A stretch of 61,921 nucleotides of DNA, the filler included, from Bipalium vagum (lineage: Eukaryota): assembly GCA_037834085.1 (NCBI GenBank). It is 3 parts of 3 records of this genome, joined end to end, with 100 filler letters (N's around TTAATTAATTAA, not from the genome) between each part and the next. Parts side by side here need not be neighbours in the genome. Positions count along the whole stretch, not along the records: positions 1 to 22,387 come from JBBMKC010222015.1; positions 22,488 to 44,880 come from JBBMKC010221793.1; 1 more part is not named here. One strand, written 5' to 3'. The position numbers were made by a program, and so were the translations under genes. Position 1 is the first letter of the stretch; the number at the start of each line of letters is the position of its first letter. The notes beneath the pieces were generated by a model. The model did no database searches and was not told where the DNA came from. It was given only the letters and a program-made list of their open reading frames with translations. Shown one piece after another: positions 12,126-23,962 of this stretch.

Positions 12126-15100
12126 TTAAAGATATGGCTGGTTAGAATGGGTGATCCATTTACTGCAAAACTTGGACTTTAATCTGGAGGTGTTTGTGAT
12201 GTTCATGTCTACTGATTTATCCCAATTCAAATGATAAGAGTGTTCAGTAGGACCTGTGAATTGGCTATAAGCCATTTTATTAGAACTGTTCAATGGACTA
12301 TCTTCAAATGTTTGTTGGTCATTGTTTGAACCCGTATACGATTTCTGCGTGTATTGCATTGTTAGATCTGGTTTTCGTGATTTTCTATTAATGAAAGGAA
12401 CGTTAGCACTTTGTTGTTCCGTAAGATATTGATCTGAGATCAGATCTAAATGAAGGTGTTGAGAACATTTTTTATTTATCAGTCTTGATTGTGAAGATTT
12501 CGATCTGTGACTGCCATGGTTAAACGAACCTAATAATGAAAAATTAGGACTTTTAAAATTACATTTTTAAATAAAAACAGTTTAAATGAAGTTTTATGGT
12601 TTTAATGATACAGTTATTTTTAAAATTATTGAAAAAGTTTCTTTTATAAAAGAAATGGGAAAAACCAGTGTTTCTATATTATAATAAGTAAAATTAAAAT
12701 TTATAAATGACAGCAGAAGAATATGTATAAGTTCAGGATGAGAGATGAGATGAATTTGAAAATATTGTTAAGCATAGAACTATCGGATTGTCAAATAGTA
12801 ATTGTCTTATTATATACTTATTCACAAAAAAGTATTACAACATAAAACGACATTTCAACAAAACAATTGTATTGGTCATCAAATAAACAATTACTATTTA
12901 ACAGTTAAAAACTGTTTAGTCCTTTGTTAAAAAATTGACAGATTGAAGCCATATATCTTGGAACAAAGTTTACTAATCTAACCTATCCCATGTCAGCTAG
13001 ACTTGCAGAAGTTATCAAGGCTAAAGAAGGTTCCATCAATTATTAAATACTAAAATAGTATTTCTTCATGTTTATTCTATTGTAATTGGATCTCTATGTT
13101 AAGAATAAGGAAATAATTTATACATAATACATGTTTTTATCTTCGTAATTTTTTATTCACTGCATTAGTTAACAGATTGTGTATAAATTAAGCGAGAAGC
13201 GTGACTCATCTGTCCATTAAACCGATCTCCAAACAGTTAAACAATTTATTACATAAATCATATCCTGCGCTTACAACTCTGCGTCTAGCTGTCTTCGTTT
13301 ACCATATTAACTCATTTCCTTTTATCCTTTATCTGCTGACAGGTTCCACCGATTTGAATCTGTTCCTTTTCATTTTCATTTTTAAGCTAGCATCTTGCTT
13401 TACACTTAATTTTCTTGGCATACCAGATCAACTTTTTCTATCACAGCTTTCTTCATTTCTGGTTGATAAATGCATTCTATCGGTAACATCACGAAAGGTC
13501 ACCTTGGCTTTTAGCAAACAACATAATCTTCCTTTCAAATAAATTTAATTGAATCACTGAAAAATATTGTTAAAAAAAACTAAAATACTGTTGATAGCTG
13601 AATTATTTATTGTTCATATCAAACGAATTTAAATATTGTGTGTGTGGTGGAACTTTGAGGGGATTATACAATCCTAAGCATTTCCAGATGGCCAAACCAT
13701 TACTGCTGAGTTATATTCTGGTCAACTCGATTGGATGTACCAACAATTAGCCATAAAATATCCTGCTTTAGTCAACAGAAAGCGGGTGCTTCTGCAACAG
13801 GAAAATACTCGTCAGAATACTGCGCGAGTAACGCAAAATAAAATTACCCAATTAGAAGGAATTGAAATTTTATCACATCCTGCATTCAGTCCAAATCTAG
13901 CATCCAGCGATTACCACCTTTACCGATCAATGACTCATTTCCTTAGAGGACGACAGTTTGAGAATATAGAACAGGTTTAAAATGGATGTCGTGAATTTTT
14001 CCTTTCCAAAGATAAAACATGGTACCGGAGTGGCATCGAACAACTTGCCCATTTTTGAATTAAGACAGTTGAACATAATGGTCTTTATTTTTCTGAATAA
14101 AATTTGTCTGATTGCTAGATTCTTATTTCTGAAACCAGCATAATATTTTCATTAAAAACGCACGAACTTATGAATCAACCCAATAAAACCAAATAAATGT
14201 CAGATCACACTTACAATCAAAATACAGTGATAATTTATTGTCATTAAATTTAATAATCTCATTTTTTAGTAGTCTACGACGCGGAGATTATGAAGAAACA
14301 ATCTAAAATAATTTTTAGTACTTTTTTTGGTTAAGTACATATATTTATTATTTAATAGTTATATATAAAGTTATTAAACAAAGACGATGAAGAAACCCAA
14401 AAATATTTAACTGATTCAATCAATGTAATTGACCAAGCAATTTCAAATCACTTAAGAGATATTGAAAAGAATCAGGGTAGAAAGTAAGTGACCTATGAAT
14501 GTGGTTATGAAACAAACAACGTAGATCTTACCTTTTAAAGGTAAGAACTCGATATTTTTAAATCTTAAGTGTAACAGTTTTCGTGTCTATACCATATCAG
14601 CGGACTCATGGAAAAAAGTTTACTGTCTGAAATATGAGATGAAAACGATATTATGTATCGAAATAAAGAGAAACAGTTACTGGCAATGGTTATGAACATC
14701 GACTAATGTAGTTAAACATGAACTCAGACCAAATATTCCAGAATCAGAATTATCTATAAGGATTTGAAATTGATACTGTGTCATAATAAATTAGGCTTCT
14801 TGTCGCAGATATGTTAAATTCATATAACTTATAAATAAATAAAATAATAATTTTTAAATTATCTTTCACCCATTTATAATATTTCACTTGCACTGATTAT
14901 ATTTATATCCTTTATAAAATTATTATTATTATATTTTTAATCCGACAATGTCTCGTCCTTTAATGAAATAATAAAAAATTTAAAAATAAAAGGAGCAAGC
15001 CCAATCATAATTTTTAAACTTTTATGAAATATTTGTTTAAAAAAGTTATTAAAATATGATATAATAAAAACATAAGACAACAAATTAACACTTTTCAAAG

Positions 15101-18100
15101 ACAACATTTAATACATAGTTTACTTAGGTCGATCTTTACCTTCCTGAAAAATATAAAATAAATATTTAAACTACTTTTTTAATTAATGAATTTTGATTCG
15201 AAAACGTTTTCTTCAAAAATACATTACATATAATTTTCTACTTAAATTACTTGATCCATAAAGTCCTTAATGTTATATTTTAAACTATCGGGACTTCTTT
15301 GAGAGTTTTCAGTTGATATATCATTAATGGAAGAGGCTCCGGTGTTTGTATTGAGATGAGGAAACTGTTCCATGTTTAAGATTGGTAGGTCTCCTTTAGA
15401 AATAATCAAAATATCTTCTTAACAAATCAAGAAAGTTACCTAAGGGTGTTTCTAGCCTTTTCTGATTCAAGGTTTGATCTCGCTTATTGCGAGTTTTTCT
15501 TATGTAACAAGTGATAAATAATATATTGATGGCGAGAATAACAAATACAAAAACGGATACTGAGGTCATTGTGACAACAATGTTTTCTGACGTAAGTTTT
15601 TCATTATTTTTACTGGATGGCGAAACAGAACCCAGGTTAATGAAGTTTTGAGAATCTTAATAAATTATGGAATAAAAAAATTATAATTACATCAAATGAA
15701 TAAGTTTTACTTGATGTTTTAGCTTTTATTGGGGCAGTATATTTACAATTTTGGAATCTTTTATTCTTCGAACAGATCTGAATTTCATATTCTGTGGAGC
15801 TTGATAATTCTAAAAAATGATTAATATTATTTGTTACAAAACATAATGAATATTTATAATTTAGAAATATAATTTCTTTAAAGTAAAAATGGACCAACAT
15901 TTTTTATTGGTCCATCTTAGACACCCGTCATTTTTAATTGATCCATTTTTTATTTATTAGTTGTAATTTATCAAAATAAATTAACCGTCAAAATTAAAAA
16001 TACCATCTAATTATTCAATAGTAACAAATGAATAAAAAAATGAATAACAATAATAAATTCGATAATACAAAAAATGATGGTCCGTAAAAATAAATGTTAT
16101 AAAAAAATTTGTTTTAAAATTTCTTCATAATTAAAAATTTGATACATTTAAAAATTTCCTTAAATAACATATAGTAAGATATATAATATTAGAATATATA
16201 ACAAAGTGACTATTGAGTGCCTTTGCAAGTGTAAAATTTTATTATTTAGTTATTAAGAATTTTCCAAATGTTCTATGGAGAGTCCAATCATCATCATTGT
16301 CATAACAACATTAGGTTTTTAAGTTAGAAATACGCGTGTTAATGAATAATATTTACTATTGTATAAACTCCCATAAAGACGGCGTTTCTAACTTAACAGC
16401 CCAATAATAATAATAATTCTTATATTGTTATGTGATAGCAATAATTCTTTTAAAGATCAATAATTCTTGTACTTCGTATTTTAATTGCTAATTCTTAATG
16501 ATCATTATTATTATCATTCTTATTAAAGTTATAGATTTTTTTAATATTTAGAGATCTTTCTGGTTAATGTTTCTTTCATGATAACAGAGCCAAAGCGTTT
16601 AAATACTTATTATGCTTTTCTCTCCATTAAATCTTGTATTCAAGTTTAAAAGAAAGATTTGAAACTAACAATGAAAAAGCTTGTAAACCAGAGTTAAGTC
16701 TAAAAGGTAACTTTCATTGATTTGTTTTGGTAACATTTTGGTTAAAATTTAAATAAGAAATTCTTAAGCAAATACGTTAATTTACTAAGACCGGTCATTG
16801 GTCACCATAATGAATCATATGAAAAATTTAATAAAACAATAAATAAATTTTTAGTTAGACCAAACGTGCCCAGGTTGGTTTATTCATTAACATAAGATGA
16901 TATTAAGTATTGAAATTTGGTCAATGTTTAATAATGTTCATAACCTGAATGAAAATAATTATAATGCAATTTCAAATATTACACATCACTTTACACCAAT
17001 ATATCTAAACTTAAATAATTAAATACTTATAAACTGGTAACCACTTAATTGTTACCTGGTATTGTGTAATATAACCAGTCATACATTTTTAATATTTAAA
17101 AAATATTAAAAATAAGTTCATTTTTGTAATAAAATAATTCATTATAATAATTTATTGTTTATATTATAACAGTTTGTTGATTTGATTATCTTTTTTCATT
17201 TTACAGGGTCGTCGAGATAAATCTGGAACATTCAAAAAAATGAAAAAAAAGATTATTTGAATACTCACTATAATTATTGTTGTTTTAGTACGATAATTCA
17301 TCAATAGAACATTAGTCAAATTTACATTATTTAATATTAGTGATGGGATCAGAATACAACTGAAGAACAGAAGCGTTGGAACCACTTCCGTAGGAAGAAA
17401 GTCAAAAGATAATTGAATAATTTGACTACAACATGACTCAATCTTGAGTTGGTAAATAGCAATACTAAAACAAAAGATACAGGACAAAGAAAATATCTCT
17501 GTTGAGCAGAAAAACTCTTTTTCTGCTCGTAAAGCATGATCTTTCGGAAACCTGACCTACCATTAGTCACCTGAATTAATATCACCCTGAAGTTCTGACT
17601 ACAATTCTCTCGATTATTACCTATGTGACCTAGTTAAATCACTCAAAACATCATAACAAAATCAAGTCCTTACAAGATGCCATCAAATAGGTTATGTCTA
17701 AATTGCATAGGAAAGAGATGAAGCTAGTATTTCAAGCCCAGTTCAAGGTAATTGTGATCACATTGAATAATCATCAATTTTACACTTTCATTCAGTTATA
17801 TGCTTATTTTTATTGTAATAATGTTATTAATTTTGTATATTTACATCTTTTTGCAAGAATAAGTATTTTTCGGATTTAACTCGACGACCCTGTAGTTACA
17901 GAAATATTATTTTTGCTTTTCTAATATTTGATTCTCTGTTGGTTTGAATATTACCTCCAGAAACTACTATATATTATTATTCGGATTTTATTCCAGAAAT
18001 AGTACATTAAAATCAGAATACCTTTCAGAGAGAACATAATTTTCTCTTCTAAAGGATTCTCTGGAACAATTGCGGACGTGATTATTAAGCCAAAGTCATA

Positions 18101-19813
18101 AGTAGGTTTCCATGTTACCTTAGTAAACATTAAAATATTATAATTAATAGTAGTACATTCATAATTATAAGTAACTACCTTAAATTCCTGGGGATATCCA
18201 CCATTAAATCCTTGTGTCCATTCAATATTAATGATATTATTTGTGAAATTTATTACTCTTATATTGTAAGGGATATCTGGTTTAGTAGCAGGTATCAATT
18301 GGATTCCATTAGTGGCTATTCCCATATCATTTGAAGCCTATAATAGTAGAGTCAAATTAGTGGAAAATTGTGTAATATTATTTTAAAGATCATATCATAT
18401 TTGAGATTAAACTTTCAAGTATATATTTCAAGTAAAACTAAACCTTGTTGAGTAAAAAAAGATACATTCGATTTAATATAATAATAATGTATGTTGCACG
18501 AAAATGCTTGCCCACACGTCGCCAAAATAACGCTGCAGAAACTGAGAGTTGGGCTACGAGAATTTGCCTAATTCACCATACTCATCAGACCTCTTCCCAA
18601 CAGATTACAATTTTTAAAGCATCTAGACAAATTGCGCGAAAGATGCTTTACAAACCAAGCCCAGGCCGAAAAAAAATTTTTTGAGTTCATTGCCTCCAGA
18701 AGCAAAGATTTTTATTCGACAGGCATCAACAAACTTGTTACTCGTTGGCAGAAATGTATCGATGCACCTGGTTTTAATTTTGATTAATAAAGTCTATTTT
18801 AGACCGAGTTATGATTTTTTAATTTTATAGTTAAAAATAAAAATAACTTTGCATCAATCTAATATAATATATTTTTTAATTTTAAACATTTTATGATGAA
18901 ATTTATCTGTACAAATAATATTTAAGTAACAATCTCCTTTGAAAATCAGCAAAATATTTGCAATGTTTTCGTAAATCATTCAATTTGATAATTCTTAATT
19001 TAATCAGTACAAAAATGAAAATAATTTAATTAAAACAAATATTTGATTATAGAATTTTCAGTTTTCCTTTTGTTTATATTTTCGAAGAATTGAATATTAT
19101 TTCAATAGAAATCCTATAATTGAATTATGGAAGTTTCATCATTTGAATTTTATCGTTCCTATAAAATAGTGAGGCTGAGTGGCAAAAATAATTTCTCAAA
19201 GAACTGCCATTTCACGCTTCATCAGTTGATTAATTAATGAAAAAATTCTTCTTCTTAAAATGATCTTTCTTAACTGAATAAGAAGTCGAGAAATCGCAAA
19301 CCGTATTGAAAATTTTCACATTAACCTTTCTGGTCAATAAAAAACTATAGGACAGCGTTGAAATTATATTTTATTGATATAGATAAATAAATAAAGACAA
19401 CAAAATGCGAAATTATAAAGTAAACATTAAGTCTTTCTGTACTGTAAAATGTACAATATGATAATAAAATTATTATCATTATTGAACGAAATCTTAGTGA
19501 AATATTCTGTATTATATATAAAGCATCTATACAAAGCCTCAAATTATTCGGTTCGGTGTTGAATTATTTATTTAATATTATAACTTATATTTATAAAAGA
19601 GAAAGAAATTTATAGTGTCAGTAATTTTTATTCATTAATTAAAGAATAAACGATATCTTCTTGGAATAACCTTTAATCTCTAACTTGAAATTCGAAATCA
19701 TATAATTAACGAATTACTTCCGTTATTTTTATTTTTGAGCATCCATTTATTTTAAGTATAATAATAAAATAATAATAAGATATTGATTTTAATGTTATTT
19801 TAAGTGCTATTAT

Positions 19814-19845
<32 letters not shown>

Positions 19846-20822
19846 TATTATTATTATTTCCATTTTCTACAGTTAAAATAGAACGTTCTTCAAACATCTA
19901 TCACATGGTCAAAGTGTTAACTCACGTGATTACTCATCACAAGTAATACGAACATTGCTATTGGATAATCTAAATGCGTGTACTTTAAACAAAGCAATAG
20001 GAACTTTGAAAATTCTAATAAGTCCACTGTAACAAATGTTGAGAATTTCCAAAAGTTTTGCTTCATGGTGTTTTGAGGTCAAAGAAAAACTGGAAAAGAT
20101 TTTTAACTACAAATCTTTATAGAAAGTCTTACACAAAAGATTATTAACATTTGAGTCTGGTGTTCATTATTTTATGCAGTTTAGTAAACATTTTATTGTA
20201 GTACAATGAATAACAATAGAATGAAACAATCAGTAATTTTTGAATGATTATTATAAATTAATTTTAATTTTCGTGGATAAAAATTATTTAATATAAATAT
20301 TTGAAATATTTTAATTCCAACTTATTCCATATATAAAGTAAATTTTCTGTTACCCTGAAACAAATTTTAAATTTAAATCTAAAAAATAAAAGAAAATCAA
20401 AATAGTTTTTTAATAATAATAACCGATGTTTAAGAACGATTTTTCAATTCCAACAGTCAAATGGAAATGAACATGAAAATTGATTAATTCAATATTATTA
20501 AATTGCAATTAATTAAAAAATGATATTACGAATTACTTATGAATAATAAATAATTAAATAATATTTACCTGACAAAAATAATTGGTATAATCGGATTTCT
20601 GGATAAAATTGACTGTCAATATTGAATTATATAATCCAATTCTTAAATTCTCCATCTTATATATAAACCTCTTTTCAGTTATTAATGTCAAATTTGAAGT
20701 ATCTCGAAACCACATCACCTTTGGTTTAGGATATCCAAATACCCAGCAAAACAAGTCGACACTTTCTCCCAATTCACTGCCAGAAAATTGTCGACGACGT
20801 GAATGTATTATTTTGGCTCCAA
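12126..20822 (-). CDS. Ig-FN3 single-pass receptor, nephrin/sns/hibris-like, 5'-truncated. Exons 20822-20569, 18337-18179, 18118-18022, 15809-15711, 15655-~15440, ~15393-15251, 12529-12126; one small exon is probably unresolved.
   Basis: Ig: VDLFCWVFGYPKPKVMWFRD...SILTV..IQKSDYTNYFCQ|ASNDMG. FN3: KPDIPYNIRV...IEWTQGFNGGYPQEFK|VTW...FSLK|ELSSSTEYEIQICSKN. TM: IVVTMTSVSVFVFVILAINILFITCY. Ser/Tyr-rich tail ends QPYL*. Splice phases checked through the TM exon. Confidence 0.82.
12900..13165 (+). mobile_element. Tc1 transposase C-terminal fragment (intronic)
   Basis: NLTYPMSARLAEVIKAKEGSINY* matches the Tc1 end L..SMP.R...VI.AKGG.TKY. Confidence 0.65.
13230..13540 (-). mobile_element. Tc1 transposase N-terminal fragment
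   Basis: Reverse strand RKS*SGMPRKLSVKQD...KRNRFKSVE...TARRRVVSAGY. Confidence 0.6.
13630..14184 (+). mobile_element. Mariner 3' half with right TIR
   Basis: CVWWNFEGII...LVNRKRVLLQQENTR...HPAFSPNLASSDYHLYRSM...WYRSGIEQL; TIR CACGAACTTATGAATCAACCCAA-TA. Confidence 0.9.
14380..14750 (+). mobile_element. Heavily decayed mariner fragment
   Basis: TQKYL..SINV.DQAISNHLRDI.K.Q...TYE and a DEx..IMY.N-like motif. Confidence 0.5.
17204..17892 (+). mobile_element. Internally deleted Tc1/mariner (maT-like) element with intact TIRs
   Basis: TA|CAGGGTCGTCGAGATAAATC...GATTTAACTCGACGACCCTG|TA. Internal SP*SSDYNSLDYYL and C-terminal DHIE* resemble DD37D-type motifs. Confidence 0.8.
18490..18864 (+). mobile_element. 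Mariner 3' fragment with TIR
   Basis: LHENACPH...PYSSDLFPTDY...GINKLVTRWQKCIDAPGFNFD*; TIR AATAACTTTGCATCAATCTAA-TA. Confidence 0.88.
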
Positions 20823-21129
20823 CTATAATAAGCATTTTAATTAATTCTATTTAAAGTAAAAAGATATTTAATTACTGAATACTTCTTATTAATAATTTTG
20901 TTTAATATCAAAAAGGTTTAATTGTGCTCTATTATATACACTATGTTAATCACAATAATACATTACTAAATTTCGATAATATACAACCAAAAATTATTTT
21001 TAAATTAATAATAATATTATTTTATCATTTATTATTATTATTACATGTGAAGTAATATTTAAGATTATAATTTTTTGCAAAGTATATAATGAAACTCACA
21101 AAGCTATTTTAATCAAGCCCATTTGGAAA

Positions 21130-21570
21130 AAAAGAAGGGGAGACACGTCACGTACAGACACGAATTAGTGAGCATTCTCAAAAAAGTAGAGCAAGTGTTA
21201 GCTACAAAGAAAGACAAGAAAATAAATATGCTAATGAAAATGAGTTTAGTGTAGTAATGACCAACTTTGATAACGATAAAGAAAGAAAAATATGCGAATC
21301 ATTAGTAATTAAAATTAAATAAATTAAATAATAAAAATAAATTAAGCAGAAATCAATGGATGATTAATGTTTTCTATGATTAATATTTTTTAAAATGATA
21401 TTTTTAAAGCTTTTAGAATTAAGAAAAGTTTTTTTTATTTTTTTCCAATAATAATGAAGATAATATTTTTAAATCATGATAGTGATATCATTTGAAGATA
21501 GACATCGAAGAAGGATAAAATTTACTGACGAAGATCTGAAAGAACAGATTGAAACATGTTTCAAGATAGA
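21130..21570 (+). mobile_element. Penelope-like element 3' end (GIY-YIG remnant plus pLTR-like tail)
   Basis: G.T.RHVQTRISEHSQKS...NEFSVVMTNFDNDKERKICESLVIK fits the PLE GIY-YIG C-terminal pattern; downstream CTGACGAAG...GAAACATGT motif. Confidence 0.65.
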
Positions 21571-22387
21571 TATTCATATTTTTTTATATATCTTTATTTT
21601 ATTATAGTAATGTGGGTTAAAACCTAAAACTGGTGATACTAAGAATTTAAATTTTGATTAATTGATAAAAATTTAAAGACTATGAAAAGTAAGATGGACT
21701 AACATTTTAATGAAATAATTTAAAATCGGTTGCAATAAAATAATAGATTACATGAATTTTTATATAATGCTTTAAGACTTCACATCGTCACAAACTCAAG
21801 AAACCAATGCACAATATTCATGAGTATCATTCATATCACCAAATTACTGACATTTGACAAATAACAAGATTAGATGGGAAACTTATTTTGATATTTAAAT
21901 CAATTTTTTATGACATAATATTGAAAAATAAATTAAATATAATTTTTCAAATAAAACATTTCGGATCATGTTATTTTTGACCGAAATGACTATCAAGTCT
22001 CTTTTTTGACCGATTTCAAGTTTTTCATGTTGATATTAAAGAAACGAATATTAAATAAATAAACAGCATGGTGATAGGTATTCCATCTTATGCAATTATG
22101 TTTTTAAGGGAAAACATTCTGTTATTACTATAATTATTACTGATTGTGTTTTATGCCGCTGCTACACGAAAAATTTCATAAATTACAACAGATATTTTTC
22201 TATTAGAAGAAAATCATTTTTTGAGAAATTCAAAGTACTCAAAATGTGTCCATTTAAAAAAGCAACACTTTTGCACCATGTTTTTTTTCATATTTCTTTT
22301 TGATCTTCACTTACAATACCCGCGGAAAGTTTAGGAACACCTATAGAAAACAATAAAATACTAAAAATAATCATTTTTATGCGATCA

Positions 22388-22487
22388 NNNNNNNNNNNNN
22401 NNNNNNNNNNNNNNNNNNNNNNNNNNNNNNNTTAATTAATTAANNNNNNNNNNNNNNNNNNNNNNNNNNNNNNNNNNNNNNNNNNNN
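22388..22487. other. Artificial contig linker (44N-TTAATTAATTAA-44N)
   Basis: Seen directly; the 12-mer has stops in all six frames. Confidence 0.98.
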
Positions 22488-23029
22488 ATATCATATAGAA
22501 CTATAGCTAATCTAATTGAAACTCATTAAAAATAGTCATCAAAACACTCACTGTCATTTTTTTTCTGAAAATGATCAGATTTAAACATTGAAAAAACAAT
22601 TTTCCCTTGTCAAACAACTTTAAATGATATTTCACAATAAACCATTGTTAAAATTGATAATAAAATAATCATTAAAATGAAATATATTTAATTAAGTATA
22701 TAATATTCTATTGATGTGATTTTTTAAAAAATTATTCAATTGATTATTTGTAATGGTTTGTCATTAATCATTTTTTGAAGAAAATTAATTAATTGAAAGC
22801 AATTAATTTATTACAAACTCAATTAAATTCTCCATTTTTATTGGCTCTTTTGTGATATTATTTTAAGCAACAACTCATCACTACGATTTCAAGTTCAGAT
22901 TTCCCCATTAGTGTTAATATATTAAAATTTAAATATAGTTTAATAAAAAAATTTCTTTTAACTAGCTACTAATAACGTAATACTACTTATTTTAGCATCT
23001 GAAAACAACAGAGAATCAACTAAAATTTT

Positions 23030-23240
23030 TACCATGTAAGGCAGTAGTGCGCACAAATAAGCTAAGCTTCAACCCGTGCATAAAACATAAAAAGCTAGGC
23101 TTGTAAATAGGTTTTGCAAAAACTGCAGCCCGGAATGGTAATGAGAGAACGGACAAGATATCATGCGCGCTTACTTTATGAAGAATTTAGCAGGCGACAG
23201 TTGATTCAGTGTGTTGTCGCACGAACAACTACAATGTTAA
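23030..23240 (+). promoter_or_regulatory. Candidate ARID1 promoter region
   Basis: Local GC/CpG enrichment (GTGCGCAC, ATGCGCGC, AACTACAA) about 0.75-0.9 kb upstream of the ATG, in non-TE-looking sequence. Positional inference only. Confidence 0.3.
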
Positions 23241-23962
23241 GTAGCTTGATTTTATTAATTTTCAATTAAGGAAAAATAATTTCTCCTTCACAATTAGACC
23301 GTTTTCAATGGAGAAATCAAAATAATACTGTTTAATATAATATATTTCATCAGATTTCATTGTAAAATCGTTGGAAAACATTCTCGATATCGAGGTGAAA
23401 CAGTAAACAATTATCCAATTCCTATCACAACTGCCACATTGTAACAGTCAATAAATCATTATTGATGCGTCATTTCGCTTAATATTTTTCGTGCTTCTCT
23501 GAATTTCTAAGTTGCACTATATAGTTTGAAAAATAATATTATTATAATATTCTTTATAGTGAATTTTTATAGAGAAATTATTTTTTACCTAATTCAAATT
23601 CAAATTTGAAAATTGTTACCAATTGCTTATTCTCGTCAAATTTGTATCTGGATTTATTTAATAACAATATTTATTAAGCAAAATCACTTATGACATCGTT
23701 ATTTCAAGGTTTATAATCGTCTAGTGGATTTTTCAACATCGCTTTGTGTTCCTACTTTAGAAATTACGTTCAGAATATAATTTTGTGGTATGCTATTTAT
23801 TTCAATGTGTGCAAAATTGAGTTTTATTGTGAGCTTCTAAATTCTTGTATAATTTTCATTTAGGAGCTCTGTTGTTAAATTTCTAAAACTCAATTTCAAA
23901 ATTCACGTCAATTTTCTCTCGTATATTCTCCAATTATTTTATTGATCGTTATGATTATTTAA

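Noticed and set aside
13201-13542. 113-aa hydrophobic + strand ORF
   Set aside because: Antisense shadow of a Tc1 N-terminal fragment.
19195-19230. Reverse-strand CTGATGA-agcgt-GAAA hammerhead-like core
   Set aside because: No room for stem II and no valid stem III or cleavage site.
22432-22443. TTAATTAATTAA palindrome as a biological site
   Set aside because: Centred in N runs and repeated identically at 44925-44936; it is an assembly linker.
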